A program made the translations under genes and the position numbers. The notes under the pieces were generated by a model, which had not been told where the DNA came from, searched no databases, and was given only the letters and a program-made list of their open reading frames with translations. Below are positions 14,528 to 24,598 of a stretch of 39,955 nucleotides of DNA, in pieces (the first letter of the stretch is position 1; each line of letters opens with the position of its first letter). Source of the DNA: a virus (lineage: Duplodnaviria; Caudoviricetes). The DNA lies in IMG/VR virus record IMGVR_UViG_3300014867_000003, positions 1-39,955 of that record; one strand, written 5' to 3'.

Positions 14528-16278
14528 TAGGCTGGGAATACCGGGATTCGCCAGCTAGTACCGTTGAGGTTAACCAGAATATAGTCGTCAAAGGAGACCA
14601 TCGGAGACGCGGTTGTGCTTGGGGTTTGGTCGATTCGAAGGCTGTCGCACCGGGCCTCGCCCGATACGTCTGAAGAGGTGCCCAAAAGCGCCCCGGTGGC
14701 CGTAAGGTCGCCGGTTACGGTAAGCGGCTGGTTCATGATGAACTGCCCGACTCCGTTGTTCCACTGGAGATATGACCCGGTGGGGGTGGAGTTATAGAAA
14801 TAGAGGTGGGCGTTACCGTTAGGACCGTCGTAGTTGGCATAGATACTGCCATTCGACCTAAGCTCGGATGCGGTTGCCACACCGTTTACAAACAACGCTT
14901 CACTAAACTCAAACCGATCGTCGACATCGTCCCACTTCAGGTGCGCACCGGTTGGAGACCCGCCTTCAAAGAAGTAGAGGAAGCCATCCTCATCCGGGTT
15001 TGGGTAGCCCCACGCCTCAACTTCGGTGCAGTTAAGTTGGTCGCCATTGAACGCCGCGATCGCATTTTCGGGGGCGTGCATCTTCCAGTAGCGGGCGGCT
15101 GCTGGCGTGGTTAGCGTAAGCTCGACGTAGTGCACGTTTCCGCTACCGGTGTCTATGCGAACCACCGGATTGTACGTCTGGTGGAGCGTCCACGTTGAAT
15201 TATCGTCGCTAGAATAAATTGCCAATGAATCAAACCCGCCGCCTGTGTAGATGTTGTCACTGGCCGAGTTGCCATCGTAGCGGCGCATTCTAGTTACGGT
15301 CTTCGACACACCGAGGTCAAACCCAACCGAGTCCTTGTTCACAGAAAAGGCAACCGCCTCTGTGGCAAGATTACCGTTGACTAGGGCCGCAATCCCCGTC
15401 GTCAAGACGCTTGAGGTCGGGGTGTTGTCTGAGTCCTTGTAGAGACCGTCTGTTAAAGTGAACTGCATCTCAGTGCTGGTGTCGGCCCCGTCGTAGTTGA
15501 TGTGCACGTTGCTGTTAGCCCGGATATCTCCGTTCACCACCAGCAATTTTGAGAAGTAGAATCCCGTATAAGCGTCAACCCACTGTAGGAAAGCGCCTCG
15601 CGGTGACGCGCCCTCATAGAAGTAGATGAACGAGTTCCCATCAACCCCATCGTAGTTGACTTCGATGTTTCCGTTAGATCGAAACCCGGCGGCTGTAATG
15701 ATCTGGTCTGTGGTTGCACCCCGGTCGCATACGTCATCAAGGTCGTCGGTTGAAGATCCTGAGTCTACCATAGTATCGACTTCGATGACCGGCATGTAGA
15801 GGTAGCCGTGCACCGGCTCGTCTTGGAAGGACGTCACATCAAAGATCAGGTCTACCCGAATCTCGAGGTTATCGCCTTCAATAAACCCATTACCAGCCAG
15901 CGCTCTGGTGATTTCGACCACTTCAGATGGATTGGCGTACTCGGTCGTTACGACCTGATCGGAGTACACAGTGTCCACATAAAGACGCACCGTATAGGAC
16001 CCAGAAATATCCGCCGTGCGCCACGCTAGACCGTGAAGCACCACCTCGGTGTGGTCTTCATGATAGATATAGGGAAGGCGGATTGCTGTGCGGGTCTGGG
16101 TGCTTTTGCCCTGCGCCGCGTTGGCCGACACCGTATAGAGTCGGTTCGGGAAGTTGGCGTCATCTCCGTCTGTGATAAGCGACGGACTGCTCTCTACGGC
16201 GGCGCCCAATCCAACGTACGGACTGTGAATCCCGGCGCCTAATTCGCGCGTATCTTCGTTGAATAAGACAATCCGCAT
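14527..16278 (-). CDS. Tail spike/fibre with three internal repeats and an inserted discoidin/F5-8C-like domain
   Basis: NYDG...YF...P.G..L.W repeats; FDLG..K.VT.MR...YSSDDNSTW...AARYWKM...EVEAWG pattern. Confidence 0.7.
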   Translation of the reverse strand: MRIVLFNEDTRELGAGIHSPYVGLGAAVESSPSLITDGDDANFPNRLYTVSANAAQGKSTQTRTAIRLPYIYHEDHTEVVLHGLAWRTADISGSYTVRLYVDTVYSDQVVTTEYANPSEVVEITRALAGNGFIEGDNLEIRVDLIFDVTSFQDEPVHGYLYMPVIEVDTMVDSGSSTDDLDDVCDRGATTDQIITAAGFRSNGNIEVNYDGVDGNSFIYFYEGASPRGAFLQWVDAYTGFYFSKLLVVNGDIRANSNVHINYDGADTSTEMQFTLTDGLYKDSDNTPTSSVLTTGIAALVNGNLATEAVAFSVNKDSVGFDLGVSKTVTRMRRYDGNSASDNIYTGGGFDSLAIYSSDDNSTWTLHQTYNPVVRIDTGSGNVHYVELTLTTPAAARYWKMHAPENAIAAFNGDQLNCTEVEAWGYPNPDEDGFLYFFEGGSPTGAHLKWDDVDDRFEFSEALFVNGVATASELRSNGSIYANYDGPNGNAHLYFYNSTPTGSYLQWNNGVGQFIMNQPLTVTGDLTATGALLGTSSDVSGEARCDSLRIDQTPSTTASPMVSFDDYILVNLNGTSWRIPVFPA

Positions 16279-16287
16279 TGGTCTTCC

Positions 16288-18774
16288 CTAGGCGTACAGT
16301 TGAATGGCTTCGATTTTGGTGCCACCCATTTCATGGGTCACACGGTTCACAAGGAACTTCAACCCGGCCCACGTCTCTCCGTAGAACAGGAATCTTGCAT
16401 CCCAACTGTTTGAATCCAGCTCAATCCAGTCGCCCGGCTCGAGATCGATTCCGAATGTGTCAATCAACGTAAGCGCGATCGTCTTGTGGGTCCGAGCCAG
16501 TAGAGAGTTGGAGTCGGTAATTAGGAGGTCCGTCACGGTTTTGACCGAAGCGTCCCCTACTCCGTCGGCGGGGCCCGCAATATTAGCCCACGACTGGGCG
16601 TATTGACGCTCACCATTATCATCGATCGAGTCTTGGTTTTCAAAGATGTTGATATCCGCAAACGATCCTTGCTCCTGCCAGAAACGGGAGTTGATCTCCA
16701 TGGAGTTGTAGATCTCCTCGGTCTGGGACAGGCTAACGCGCCCATTCAGGACCTGATGGAACAGGATCGTTTTGTTGACGGTGGGGCTTGTATTGTTCAG
16801 GGCAATGGCCCGCGCGCGGCCAAACGCCGACACCGCGAACACAAAGGTCGACTGAATGGAGAGGTTCTGAATGGCGTTCGCGGCCGACATCTCATTGTCG
16901 GAGTGGAAATTGATGCGGGCCTGTACGCTAGAGTTGGCTGCGGCATCGAAGGAAGCTGTGTCGATGTCTGCGGTCTGGCCAACAAAGGAGGTGTGGCTGC
17001 GGAGGAGGTCTTCGATGATATAGACCGGGTCCTCAATTAGGTCGCCCTCATCGTACGAGTTTGATCTGCCCCCCGCATCGATCCACGATCCGAACGTCTT
17101 ACCGGCGCACTTAACCCAGTACTCAGAAATGTTCACCGGCTCATACTCGAGCTGCAGGTAAGCCGAGTACACCTTCAGGATGTAAGTGGGGGTGCCAACA
17201 ACACTCCCATCAGAGTTGCTGTCAATGAAGGTCTGTGTGGGAAAGGCCGTGATCAAAAACAGCCACGGCTGGATTCTCCTGCTTCCGGGAAAGAACCGAT
17301 CGCCCAATCGCCACCCGTAATCAGACGCTATGTAAAGGTTGCTGGAAGATCCGGGCTGAATGTCGGTTGTTTCATCGAAGGTGGTTGTTACGGTGCTGGG
17401 GGTGGTTGAGGTGCCGATGACCGCAAAGCTAGCAATGAACCGATCGGCCGACATGTTAAACCCATCCGCACCAGCCGCCAAGCAATAAGCATCAACCTTC
17501 CCGGAGTTGATCGACCCAGTAGTATAAGCCGCCGTTCGCACGGAAAAGGTGCCAGTCCCGACCATGCGACCGATACCGTTTGTTGCATCGATGGCCCTCT
17601 CATTCCCTAAGCTAGGGAAGATCAGGGGGAAATGAGAGGCAAGCTTCTTAGGGGCCGTGTTCTTATCGAACGTATCTCGCTGAAAGGCGAAGGTGGTCTC
17701 ATCGTCGTCGTAGATGTTGGAGAGATCCTCGGGCTCGCGGATCTGGTAAACCCCGTTGACGTCTCCGGGCAGAGAATAAGTATAGAGGTGGTATGATGTC
17801 TCTTTTCCGGCCTGAATCTCCTCTGCGCTCAGGCCCTGCTCGAAGTCACCGGGCTTCCAGTCGCAGGGCTTCACACGCACATAGGCGCGTAGGCCGGGCG
17901 TAATAACGGCGCGAAAGACCGCGTCGTCCTGCTCCTCGTTCACATCGATGGTCAATAGGCTCGTCTTGAACCACTGCAGGCCGTGCGTGAAGCTGGACTT
18001 TTCAATGGTAGGCTGGCGACACCAGAGCGGAGACGTGTTTCCGGACGGGTCGCTGATCGAGTAGATCGGATGGTCGGCCACCACAAGCTTCGGGCGATTG
18101 GTGCCCGTCATGTCGTCGGTGGCTAGAGCAACAGCCATCCCCGTACCGGGCGTGGTGAGCCACGGCTCGGATCCAGTGAAGGAGCCGTAGACAATGGGGA
18201 TCTTGCGAGACAGAACCACCCGCTTGTTCCGCGTATCCTGCGACCCGAGAACGTCATTGTTCGGGTTGACCGGGGCATTGGGGTAGGCGCTACGCAGGGT
18301 GCGGCGAGGCAACGGAGTCTCTGAGATCAGAGGCACGCGGCTGGTTGCCAAAAGCTGTACTTCGTCCCGGTTTACGCTCTTACAATCCAAGAGAAATCCC
18401 CGAAACACCAGCAACATCGAATCGGCCACGGTATCTTCGCCTTTGAGGCGCCACACGTTAACCGGGTAGCCCTTCCAGTTCTTCATTTGCTCGTCGATGT
18501 AGAGCGGGCCACCGTTCGAGTCCATAGAGTACTGGTGATTGAACAGCGAGAAGGTCACGTCGTTGACCCGAAATTCCTTGCCGAAGAGCGGGTCTATGCT
18601 CGCATCGATTGCGGAGATGCGCTTGAGGAAGGGGTGGGTTAGGTACGTAGTAAGATTGCGGAATTCCTCAGAATAGTAGAAGGTCGTCGTCCCGTTCGTG
18701 AACGACACCACCCACCCTGAAGCCACCCCCGACCTCAGCATATTGTTCGCAAATCCAGACGTGGTGGTTAGCAT
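16288..18774 (-). CDS. Tail tip/baseplate hub-like protein
   Basis: 828 aa; KIPIVYG and IEDPVYIIEDLL motifs; second gene after TMP. Confidence 0.7.
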   Translation of the reverse strand: MLTTTSGFANNMLRSGVASGWVVSFTNGTTTFYYSEEFRNLTTYLTHPFLKRISAIDASIDPLFGKEFRVNDVTFSLFNHQYSMDSNGGPLYIDEQMKNWKGYPVNVWRLKGEDTVADSMLLVFRGFLLDCKSVNRDEVQLLATSRVPLISETPLPRRTLRSAYPNAPVNPNNDVLGSQDTRNKRVVLSRKIPIVYGSFTGSEPWLTTPGTGMAVALATDDMTGTNRPKLVVADHPIYSISDPSGNTSPLWCRQPTIEKSSFTHGLQWFKTSLLTIDVNEEQDDAVFRAVITPGLRAYVRVKPCDWKPGDFEQGLSAEEIQAGKETSYHLYTYSLPGDVNGVYQIREPEDLSNIYDDDETTFAFQRDTFDKNTAPKKLASHFPLIFPSLGNERAIDATNGIGRMVGTGTFSVRTAAYTTGSINSGKVDAYCLAAGADGFNMSADRFIASFAVIGTSTTPSTVTTTFDETTDIQPGSSSNLYIASDYGWRLGDRFFPGSRRIQPWLFLITAFPTQTFIDSNSDGSVVGTPTYILKVYSAYLQLEYEPVNISEYWVKCAGKTFGSWIDAGGRSNSYDEGDLIEDPVYIIEDLLRSHTSFVGQTADIDTASFDAAANSSVQARINFHSDNEMSAANAIQNLSIQSTFVFAVSAFGRARAIALNNTSPTVNKTILFHQVLNGRVSLSQTEEIYNSMEINSRFWQEQGSFADINIFENQDSIDDNGERQYAQSWANIAGPADGVGDASVKTVTDLLITDSNSLLARTHKTIALTLIDTFGIDLEPGDWIELDSNSWDARFLFYGETWAGLKFLVNRVTHEMGGTKIEAIQLYA

Positions 18775-18775
18775 T

Positions 18776-19639
18776 CTAGTACGTCGATCCGTCCTGCACG
18801 TATGGCAGGGTGGTGAACTTCAGCTGATACTTGCGAACCTCGAACTCGAGGTCCTCCCAGTTCGGAACGTCCTTGTCGAAGCGGCAAAGGAACGCGTCAT
18901 AGATGGTGGTTCCCTCGTTGTAGATGAAGGGAAGGAGCGACCCCCGGCAGTTGTTGAAGAGGGTCTCGATCATCTCTGCGTTCGTGTCGTCCGTGGCCGG
19001 GTTGTCGAACGTCAGGATGTTGCGCTCAAAGTGGATCACAGGCTGGCGCGCGTCGGCGATGAAATGGCGGCTTCCGTCCCGGGCCTTGAACTCAGTGTTC
19101 ATGTACTCCGGGAGATCTGATATCGGGTATTCGCCAGTGGCTGTGGTCTCATACTCCTTCATCAAGAAGATTTCGCCGAATTCCGGGATGCCCGGGAAAT
19201 CAAGAGAGAACGGGGCGGCGGTGCTGAAAGAGAACTTCCACCACACAGCCGTTACGATTATCGGGTCTTGTACGATGGTATACCACAGTGGAAACCGGTT
19301 GTTGGACGCGTCGGTGTTGTCGACCGGGATGTCGGCCACCAGCTCGTTCCATATGGCCCCATCGTCCGACCACGACACCGTGAGAAGCATGGTCTGCCAG
19401 ATCGTGTCGTAGTGGGTAAGCCATACACCGAAAGTATCCCACGGAGGTGGGGTGGTGGCGGTGAACTTGACGACGATCTCCTGCGGCGGACTGGTTAGCC
19501 CAGATGCCTTCCACGTAGCGGCGAGATGGCCATCGAGTAGGTGGTTCTTGTTGTACTGCGAACCCGTGAACGTGCTCGTCACGCTGTAGACGATCGTCTG
19601 GCCAAAGCCTACCGGCGTATAGAACTTAATGAACCCCAT
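18776..19639 (-). CDS. Distal tail (Dit-like) protein
   Basis: Immediately after TMP; G...PFIY C-terminal pattern. Confidence 0.6.
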   Translation of the reverse strand: MGFIKFYTPVGFGQTIVYSVTSTFTGSQYNKNHLLDGHLAATWKASGLTSPPQEIVVKFTATTPPPWDTFGVWLTHYDTIWQTMLLTVSWSDDGAIWNELVADIPVDNTDASNNRFPLWYTIVQDPIIVTAVWWKFSFSTAAPFSLDFPGIPEFGEIFLMKEYETTATGEYPISDLPEYMNTEFKARDGSRHFIADARQPVIHFERNILTFDNPATDDTNAEMIETLFNNCRGSLLPFIYNEGTTIYDAFLCRFDKDVPNWEDLEFEVRKYQLKFTTLPYVQDGSTY

Positions 19640-19648
19640 AGTCGTCTC

Positions 19649-21877
19649 CTACGAGAAGCTCTCTTCGGCATCGGTTTGGCCGCCCTTACCGCCGCCACCC
19701 GCGCCACCACCGCCCGGGATGCCGTTGAATCCGCTACGGTAAGAGGCGCTGGGCCCTCCAAGGGGGTTGCGGCTCCGGGCCAATACGCGCGTCTGATTTA
19801 CGTCAGCGGCGCGAACCACCTCAGGCAACACTGTCCGACGAACGAACTCCTCATCGGCCATGCCACTGAAGTTCAGCTGGATCATCTGAACCATACCTCC
19901 CCCAGCAACAGCACCTCCCGACTGAGACGCGACCACCGAGCGACCGAACTGCGGGGCGCCCGTCACGGACTTCAACCCCTGCATATACTGATTCCCCGCG
20001 TCGCGACCCCACTTGCGTGCGATAGCGTCGTTGCGTGGGTCATCGAATCCAGCGATGAGAGCAGTCAGGCCCCCAGCCACTGCAATACCGGCTGCAACCG
20101 CAAGGGCAGGACCGACGATCGGAATGCTCGCTACGGCCTTGGCAGCGAGGACCGCTGCGTGGGCGATGTACTTCATCGTCGACAGGATCAAGGCAGCGAC
20201 TTCCTTACCCAACTGAATCACGAACTTGGCCGAAGCAACGATGGCTTCGCCAATCCCGCCAGTCACAGCCTTCAGGGCTGAGCCCATGGCGCCCAACACG
20301 TTCTTGACTGTGTTGCCGATTTGGATGGTTCCACTAAAGGCGGTGTTCAGGGTCTTAACCCCGTTGATCATGGCATTAACGCTATTGCCAATGGTCTCCA
20401 TCTGCTGAATCAGTTGGGGCGAGATATCGGCTCCAAACACGTTCGAAAGATCAACGAACCCGCCCATGGCATCGGTCAGGGCGAAGTACGCGTCGCGCTG
20501 TGCCTCCTGCTGAGCGAGGATCTCTGCGTTCTGGTCCTTGAGGATCTTGTCTGCGTCGGCCTTGTTTTTGGCGTTTTGGATCAGCCCCTCTGTGATCTCA
20601 TCATCCGTGGCGGCGTACCTCTTCAGGTCAGCCTCGAGGTCAGCGGTCCAGTTCGTCTTGGTCTTCGTTGCCCCGGCTTTCATTTCGATCTTGAGAGGTG
20701 GCGGCTTGAACTCCGCAAGCGTCTTGTTGATGTCGGCCATCGCTTCCTGATGAATATCAAGACGCTTGGCGGAGGTGTCAGACTCTTCCTTCAGCATGGC
20801 CTTGTTGATGGTGCGTAACGTACCTAGCCTCTCAAACAGGGCGTCGGCTTCTACCTTCAGCCCGGCGGCGCTGTTCTTGACGGCCATCTCATAGAGATTG
20901 TGGAGGTAGGCTTCCTGCTCCTTGGTGTTCAACTTGCGGAAGTTGTTTTGCTCGGCGATCATGCCCTTATTCTTGTCGATAGACGCCTGCAGCTCCTCCT
21001 GCGACACGGTAAGGAAGACCTTAAGGGCGCCAAACAAGCCGTCGGCGTTGGACATCTGCCGGAACTGCTCGGCAGTTAACTCGGCGAGACTGCTCAGGAC
21101 CGGGATCAGCTTCCCGCCTACGACCTCCTTCAGGTCATCGTAGTTCTCGGACAGCAGCCGGACCTTGCCCGCGTAGGTGTTGAGATCGGCTTGGGCCGCC
21201 CCAGCAAAGCGTTCGCCAATGGCCCGCTGTAGCTCGGCCATACGCTCTTGGGTTGAGGAAGCGGCGGTGATTTCGGTCTTCAGGCCCCGGATCTCGTTCG
21301 ACGCGCCCGAGATAAACTTAGTCATTTTATCGACCGTAGAGAGCAGATCCTCACCTGTACCCGCAGCCAGATCGGCGGCGGACGCCATAAGGGCCAAGGA
21401 TGCTTGCACCCCGAGGCCCGCGTCGTGGAGCCTCTGGAACGCCTGTCCGGACATCTCGTCGGAGATCCCGGTCAGCTGCTGCATCCCTGTGGCGAACTGC
21501 TGTACCAGTCGGGTGTTCGCCCCGGTTTCGTCGCCGTGGCGCTTCAGAGATGCCGTTACCGAATTCCAAACCTTCTCGGATTCGACGGCCGCCCCGATAG
21601 TGCTGGCGATCTCATTCTTGAGGAAGCTGAACGCCTTGGTCACGGCATTAGCCACAATCGTACCGACTGCGATGCCCTGTGTGAAGCGGGTCCAGAGAGG
21701 CGAACCGGTCTTGGCCTCCCCGTTCAAGAGGCGGATTTCGCGGTTGAGCTTGTTGATTTCCTTCTGCGAGGCGACGGCGGCTTCACCACCCAGCTTGACC
21801 AGCTCGTTCTGTAAACGCTGAATCTCGGCGCTTGCCGAGTTCGAGGCTTCTAACGAGATTTTATACTTATCAGCCAT
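19649..21877 (-). CDS. Tail tape measure protein
   Basis: 742 aa, Ala-rich helical, SIPIVGPALAVAAG segment; follows the chaperone pair. Confidence 0.9.
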   Translation of the reverse strand: MADKYKISLEASNSASAEIQRLQNELVKLGGEAAVASQKEINKLNREIRLLNGEAKTGSPLWTRFTQGIAVGTIVANAVTKAFSFLKNEIASTIGAAVESEKVWNSVTASLKRHGDETGANTRLVQQFATGMQQLTGISDEMSGQAFQRLHDAGLGVQASLALMASAADLAAGTGEDLLSTVDKMTKFISGASNEIRGLKTEITAASSTQERMAELQRAIGERFAGAAQADLNTYAGKVRLLSENYDDLKEVVGGKLIPVLSSLAELTAEQFRQMSNADGLFGALKVFLTVSQEELQASIDKNKGMIAEQNNFRKLNTKEQEAYLHNLYEMAVKNSAAGLKVEADALFERLGTLRTINKAMLKEESDTSAKRLDIHQEAMADINKTLAEFKPPPLKIEMKAGATKTKTNWTADLEADLKRYAATDDEITEGLIQNAKNKADADKILKDQNAEILAQQEAQRDAYFALTDAMGGFVDLSNVFGADISPQLIQQMETIGNSVNAMINGVKTLNTAFSGTIQIGNTVKNVLGAMGSALKAVTGGIGEAIVASAKFVIQLGKEVAALILSTMKYIAHAAVLAAKAVASIPIVGPALAVAAGIAVAGGLTALIAGFDDPRNDAIARKWGRDAGNQYMQGLKSVTGAPQFGRSVVASQSGGAVAGGGMVQMIQLNFSGMADEEFVRRTVLPEVVRAADVNQTRVLARSRNPLGGPSASYRSGFNGIPGGGGAGGGGKGGQTDAEESFS

Positions 21878-21879
21878 AG

Positions 21880-22356
21880 CTACCTCCGCTTACCGCTAAG
21901 CTTCCTTTGCGCTGCTTCCACGTCGTTCTTTTCCTTCTTCGCCTTCACCCGGTTGATCTCGTTTAGCTCAGCCGTGATAACGTCAATTGCATCGTCAATG
22001 ATGCAAGGAAAGTTGAGGTACTCCTCGGTTGAGTTGAATGACTTCGACCAAATCCGCTGGTAGAACTTCAGAAGCTGCCACGACAGCGGGGTGACCAGCG
22101 ACTCCACACACACGCTGTAGTATAGGGTCAGAGCGACGAGGGGTGGTACGGGGCGTCCGGCTGAGCAGGACGCGTGCTCGACGCAAACCAACCAATGCTG
22201 CTTGTCCAGATCGACCGGAGGTAGCTTTCCACCGATAGCCGTCGCAATGTGGTTGCTGCATCTCAGACAGGCTCGGCGGCCCTTCTTGCACGTCTCCGAA
22301 TGCTTGTTTTCCTCACCAACAGCGGAGTTGACTAGGCTGGTGAGGATACGGAGTTT
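21880..22356 (-). CDS. Tail assembly chaperone frameshift extension (gpT equivalent)
   Basis: The -1 frame from the slippery site is open (KLRILTSLVNSAVGEENKH...QHWLVCVEHAS...) and is the same frame as ORF 21880..22191. Confidence 0.85.
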   Translation of the reverse strand, partial: KLRILTSLVNSAVGEENKHSETCKKGRRACLRCSNHIATAIGGKLPPVDLDKQHWLVCVEHASCSAGRPVPPLVALTLYYSVCVESLVTPLSWQLLKFYQRIWSKSFNSTEEYLNFPCIIDDAIDVITAELNEINRVKAKKEKNDVEAAQRKLSGKRR

Positions 22357-22670
22357 CCCGCTTCGGCCTCCGTAAGACCGGCCTCAGACATCAGGGTCTG
22401 GGCCACCTTAAGAATGTCGCGCCAAGACTCGAAGTCCGAGATGATGGTCTTGGGGTCGCCCTCAATGCCCTCGATGGAGACGATCTGCTCGGCGAGGATG
22501 TCAATCAGGGAGTCGCAGCGTTGGATGGGGGAGTCCGAGCTGTTGGTTTCAAGCTCGGCGATCCGGGAGGCCAGTATCATCTTATCCCGGACCGACATGG
22601 GCTTGACGGTGAAGACCGTACCGTCTACCGTCATGGTTCTGTTCTTGGAACGATCGATGATGCGGAGCAT
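22332..22670 (-). CDS. Tail assembly chaperone (gpG equivalent)
   Basis: Between tail tube and TMP; ATG 22670 with GGAAGGTGG RBS. Confidence 0.85.
   Translation of the reverse strand: MLRIIDRSKNRTMTVDGTVFTVKPMSVRDKMILASRIAELETNSSDSPIQRCDSLIDILAEQIVSIEGIEGDPKTIISDFESWRDILKVAQTLMSEAGLTEAEAGNSVSSPA
22353..22359 (-). other. -1 programmed ribosomal frameshift heptamer G GGA AAC
   Basis: X XXY YYZ in the correct phase, 6 codons before the gpG stop. Confidence 0.88.
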
Positions 22671-22725
22671 TGTACCACCTTCCACTTAGACCACATTAAC
22701 CGCTTGCCCGGCTCGAGCCGGGAGT

Positions 22726-23718
22726 TTACCAGCCGCGCAACTCGGAGTTGGTGATCGTCACCACCAGAGCATCGTTGGCGGTATGGGACGATGCCTCGCC
22801 CACGATGGTGATGGTCGCACCATACGAGCCGTCAGTCGTCGAAGCAACGTCCGTGATCTTGCCCTTGAGGGTGACCGTAACGTTACCAAAATCGACGTCG
22901 AGGGTGATGTCAGTACCCGCCTGCAGAGCGTCGTTCGAGTCGTTGTAGTTCTCATCGTAGAGGATGCTCAGCGACCCCGAGATGGTGCGGTTCGTGAACC
23001 CCACACTCAGGAAGCCCCCAATACCGTCGATACCCACCGGGGTAACGTCGTGGGTGGCTTCAACCGAGAACCCCGAGATCAGCACGTCGGTCAGGCCCGC
23101 GCCCGTATTCAACTGGGCGCTCAAAATGTTGTCATCATAAAGGCGGCCATAGGAGTCGGTGCCTTCGGGGGTTGGGGTGATGTTGCTGGGGTTCGAAGTC
23201 GTCGACAGGGTCGATCCGTTGGCCACCACATCAGCCGCGAACTTGAGGGGGTTGCCCCGCTCCCAACTGAGCATGAAGCGCTTCGTGACGGCGCCCCCTA
23301 CCTTGTGAGACTTGGATGCGTCCGGGCTGACCTTCACAAAGGACAGAAAGTGGCCCGCGTCGGCCCCAAAGTCGGGATTTGTCGTGAAGTACGAGAACGA
23401 CTTCGTATAGTCCGGAGATACACCCTCCGTGACGTTCTGGAAGTGGGCCGCCGCCAGCAGGTCGAGGACATGGACATCCACGTCGCCCGACACGGTGAAG
23501 TTCGGCATGGCTCCACCGTCCTTGTGGACCGTGTTCCGGGTGGTCTGGTTCTTGTTGGCGTGAACCCCCGGGGTCGTATAGATCTTGGTGTCGAACTTGA
23601 TGTCGAAATGCTCGCAATCAAGCCCCTGCCACGGCCCGGCATCAACGGTAGCGGCTGCGAAGTCGGTGCCCTCGGCAACCGCGTACTGTAAGTCTCTTGC
23701 TTCTCTAAAAGTCGTCAT
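22726..23718 (-). CDS. Major tail tube protein
   Basis: 330 aa, beta-rich; RTISGSLSI motif; canonical position; AGGAG RBS. Confidence 0.85.
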   Translation of the reverse strand: MTTFREARDLQYAVAEGTDFAAATVDAGPWQGLDCEHFDIKFDTKIYTTPGVHANKNQTTRNTVHKDGGAMPNFTVSGDVDVHVLDLLAAAHFQNVTEGVSPDYTKSFSYFTTNPDFGADAGHFLSFVKVSPDASKSHKVGGAVTKRFMLSWERGNPLKFAADVVANGSTLSTTSNPSNITPTPEGTDSYGRLYDDNILSAQLNTGAGLTDVLISGFSVEATHDVTPVGIDGIGGFLSVGFTNRTISGSLSILYDENYNDSNDALQAGTDITLDVDFGNVTVTLKGKITDVASTTDGSYGATITIVGEASSHTANDALVVTITNSELRGW

Positions 23719-23744
23719 GGCAGTATTCTCCTGATAGTATTCGG

Positions 23745-23752
23745 TTTTACAC
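23745..23752 (-). promoter_or_regulatory. GTGTAAAA motif upstream of tail tube
   Basis: Recurring intergenic motif, 26 nt before the ATG. Confidence 0.55.
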
Positions 23753-23760
23753 CGGTCTTC

Positions 23761-24186
23761 TTAGACTTGGGTGTGCCTCTGGACCTTGAGGATAGTGGCT
23801 AGGACCTCACCGCCCCGGGTCTTGGAATCGTCGAACTCGGCGTCCATACTCGTGACCTTCACCTCGAGGACGCGGTAATTGTCGCCTAGGTCGACGTTGG
23901 CCTTTAGGACCTCAACCACCCGGTCGATGTTCGCGCGGGTTGAAGGGTTGTTTCGGGCGAACCCAATGAAGGATGAGTGCACATGGATCGAGATTACTAT
24001 CTCGTGTCGGTTTAGAATGTCGTTCGACCACCCCTCGTGGTTGGTGTCCTCACCCACAACCTGAACCGTCACCGAAGGTAGGGTGAGATGGGCCAGCGCA
24101 TGGTAGTTAGCCGACTGGGTAAGGAACTCCCCATCCATCAACGAGTAGATCTTGTTGTGGGCGATATTGAGTACATTGAGGGCCAT
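23761..24186 (-). CDS. Tail terminator/completion-like protein
   Basis: LPSVTV...E...IHVH...IDRVVEVLKANVDLG pattern; position. Confidence 0.55.
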   Translation of the reverse strand: MALNVLNIAHNKIYSLMDGEFLTQSANYHALAHLTLPSVTVQVVGEDTNHEGWSNDILNRHEIVISIHVHSSFIGFARNNPSTRANIDRVVEVLKANVDLGDNYRVLEVKVTSMDAEFDDSKTRGGEVLATILKVQRHTQV

Positions 24187-24187
24187 G

Positions 24188-24598
24188 TTAGTTCTCGTCC
24201 CTCGGGGCCCAATAGACCATCGCCACCGTAAAGCGTGCGCTGCTGTTTTGGTTATTCTCCCAAAGCTCGGGCCCCGCTACCGACACCAGCTCGAACCCCA
24301 AGCAATGTTCGCCTAGGTCAATGGGCTCGAGGATCGCATTCTTGATTTCGGCGACCAGTTCCTCAATGGCGTTGTAATTCTCCTTCGTGAACACGATCAG
24401 CTCGATACGCGCCATGAACCGGGAGTCCGTAGCATCGATCACTAGGGTAACCTCATCTCCGGGCACGACCGCTACGTAGGGGGCTAGGTTCTCAATCACA
24501 GGCTGATCATCCACAAAGCGCGAGGCCTTGTTGACAAGGGGCAGCGCCTCGAGCGAGGTCACTATCGAGTTCAGCAAATCAATTCGAGTACTAGGCAT
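24188..24598 (-). CDS. Tail terminator (lambda gpU-like)
   Basis: R..LL..I...L...PYVAVVPGDE...LVAEIKNAI...DLG pattern; position. Confidence 0.6.
   Translation of the reverse strand: MPSTRIDLLNSIVTSLEALPLVNKASRFVDDQPVIENLAPYVAVVPGDEVTLVIDATDSRFMARIELIVFTKENYNAIEELVAEIKNAILEPIDLGEHCLGFELVSVAGPELWENNQNSSARFTVAMVYWAPRDEN

Noticed and set aside
22707-22722. Perfect palindrome CCCGGCTCGAGCCGGG after the tail tube gene as a terminator
   Set aside because: No U-tract on the coding strand; at most a stabilising hairpin
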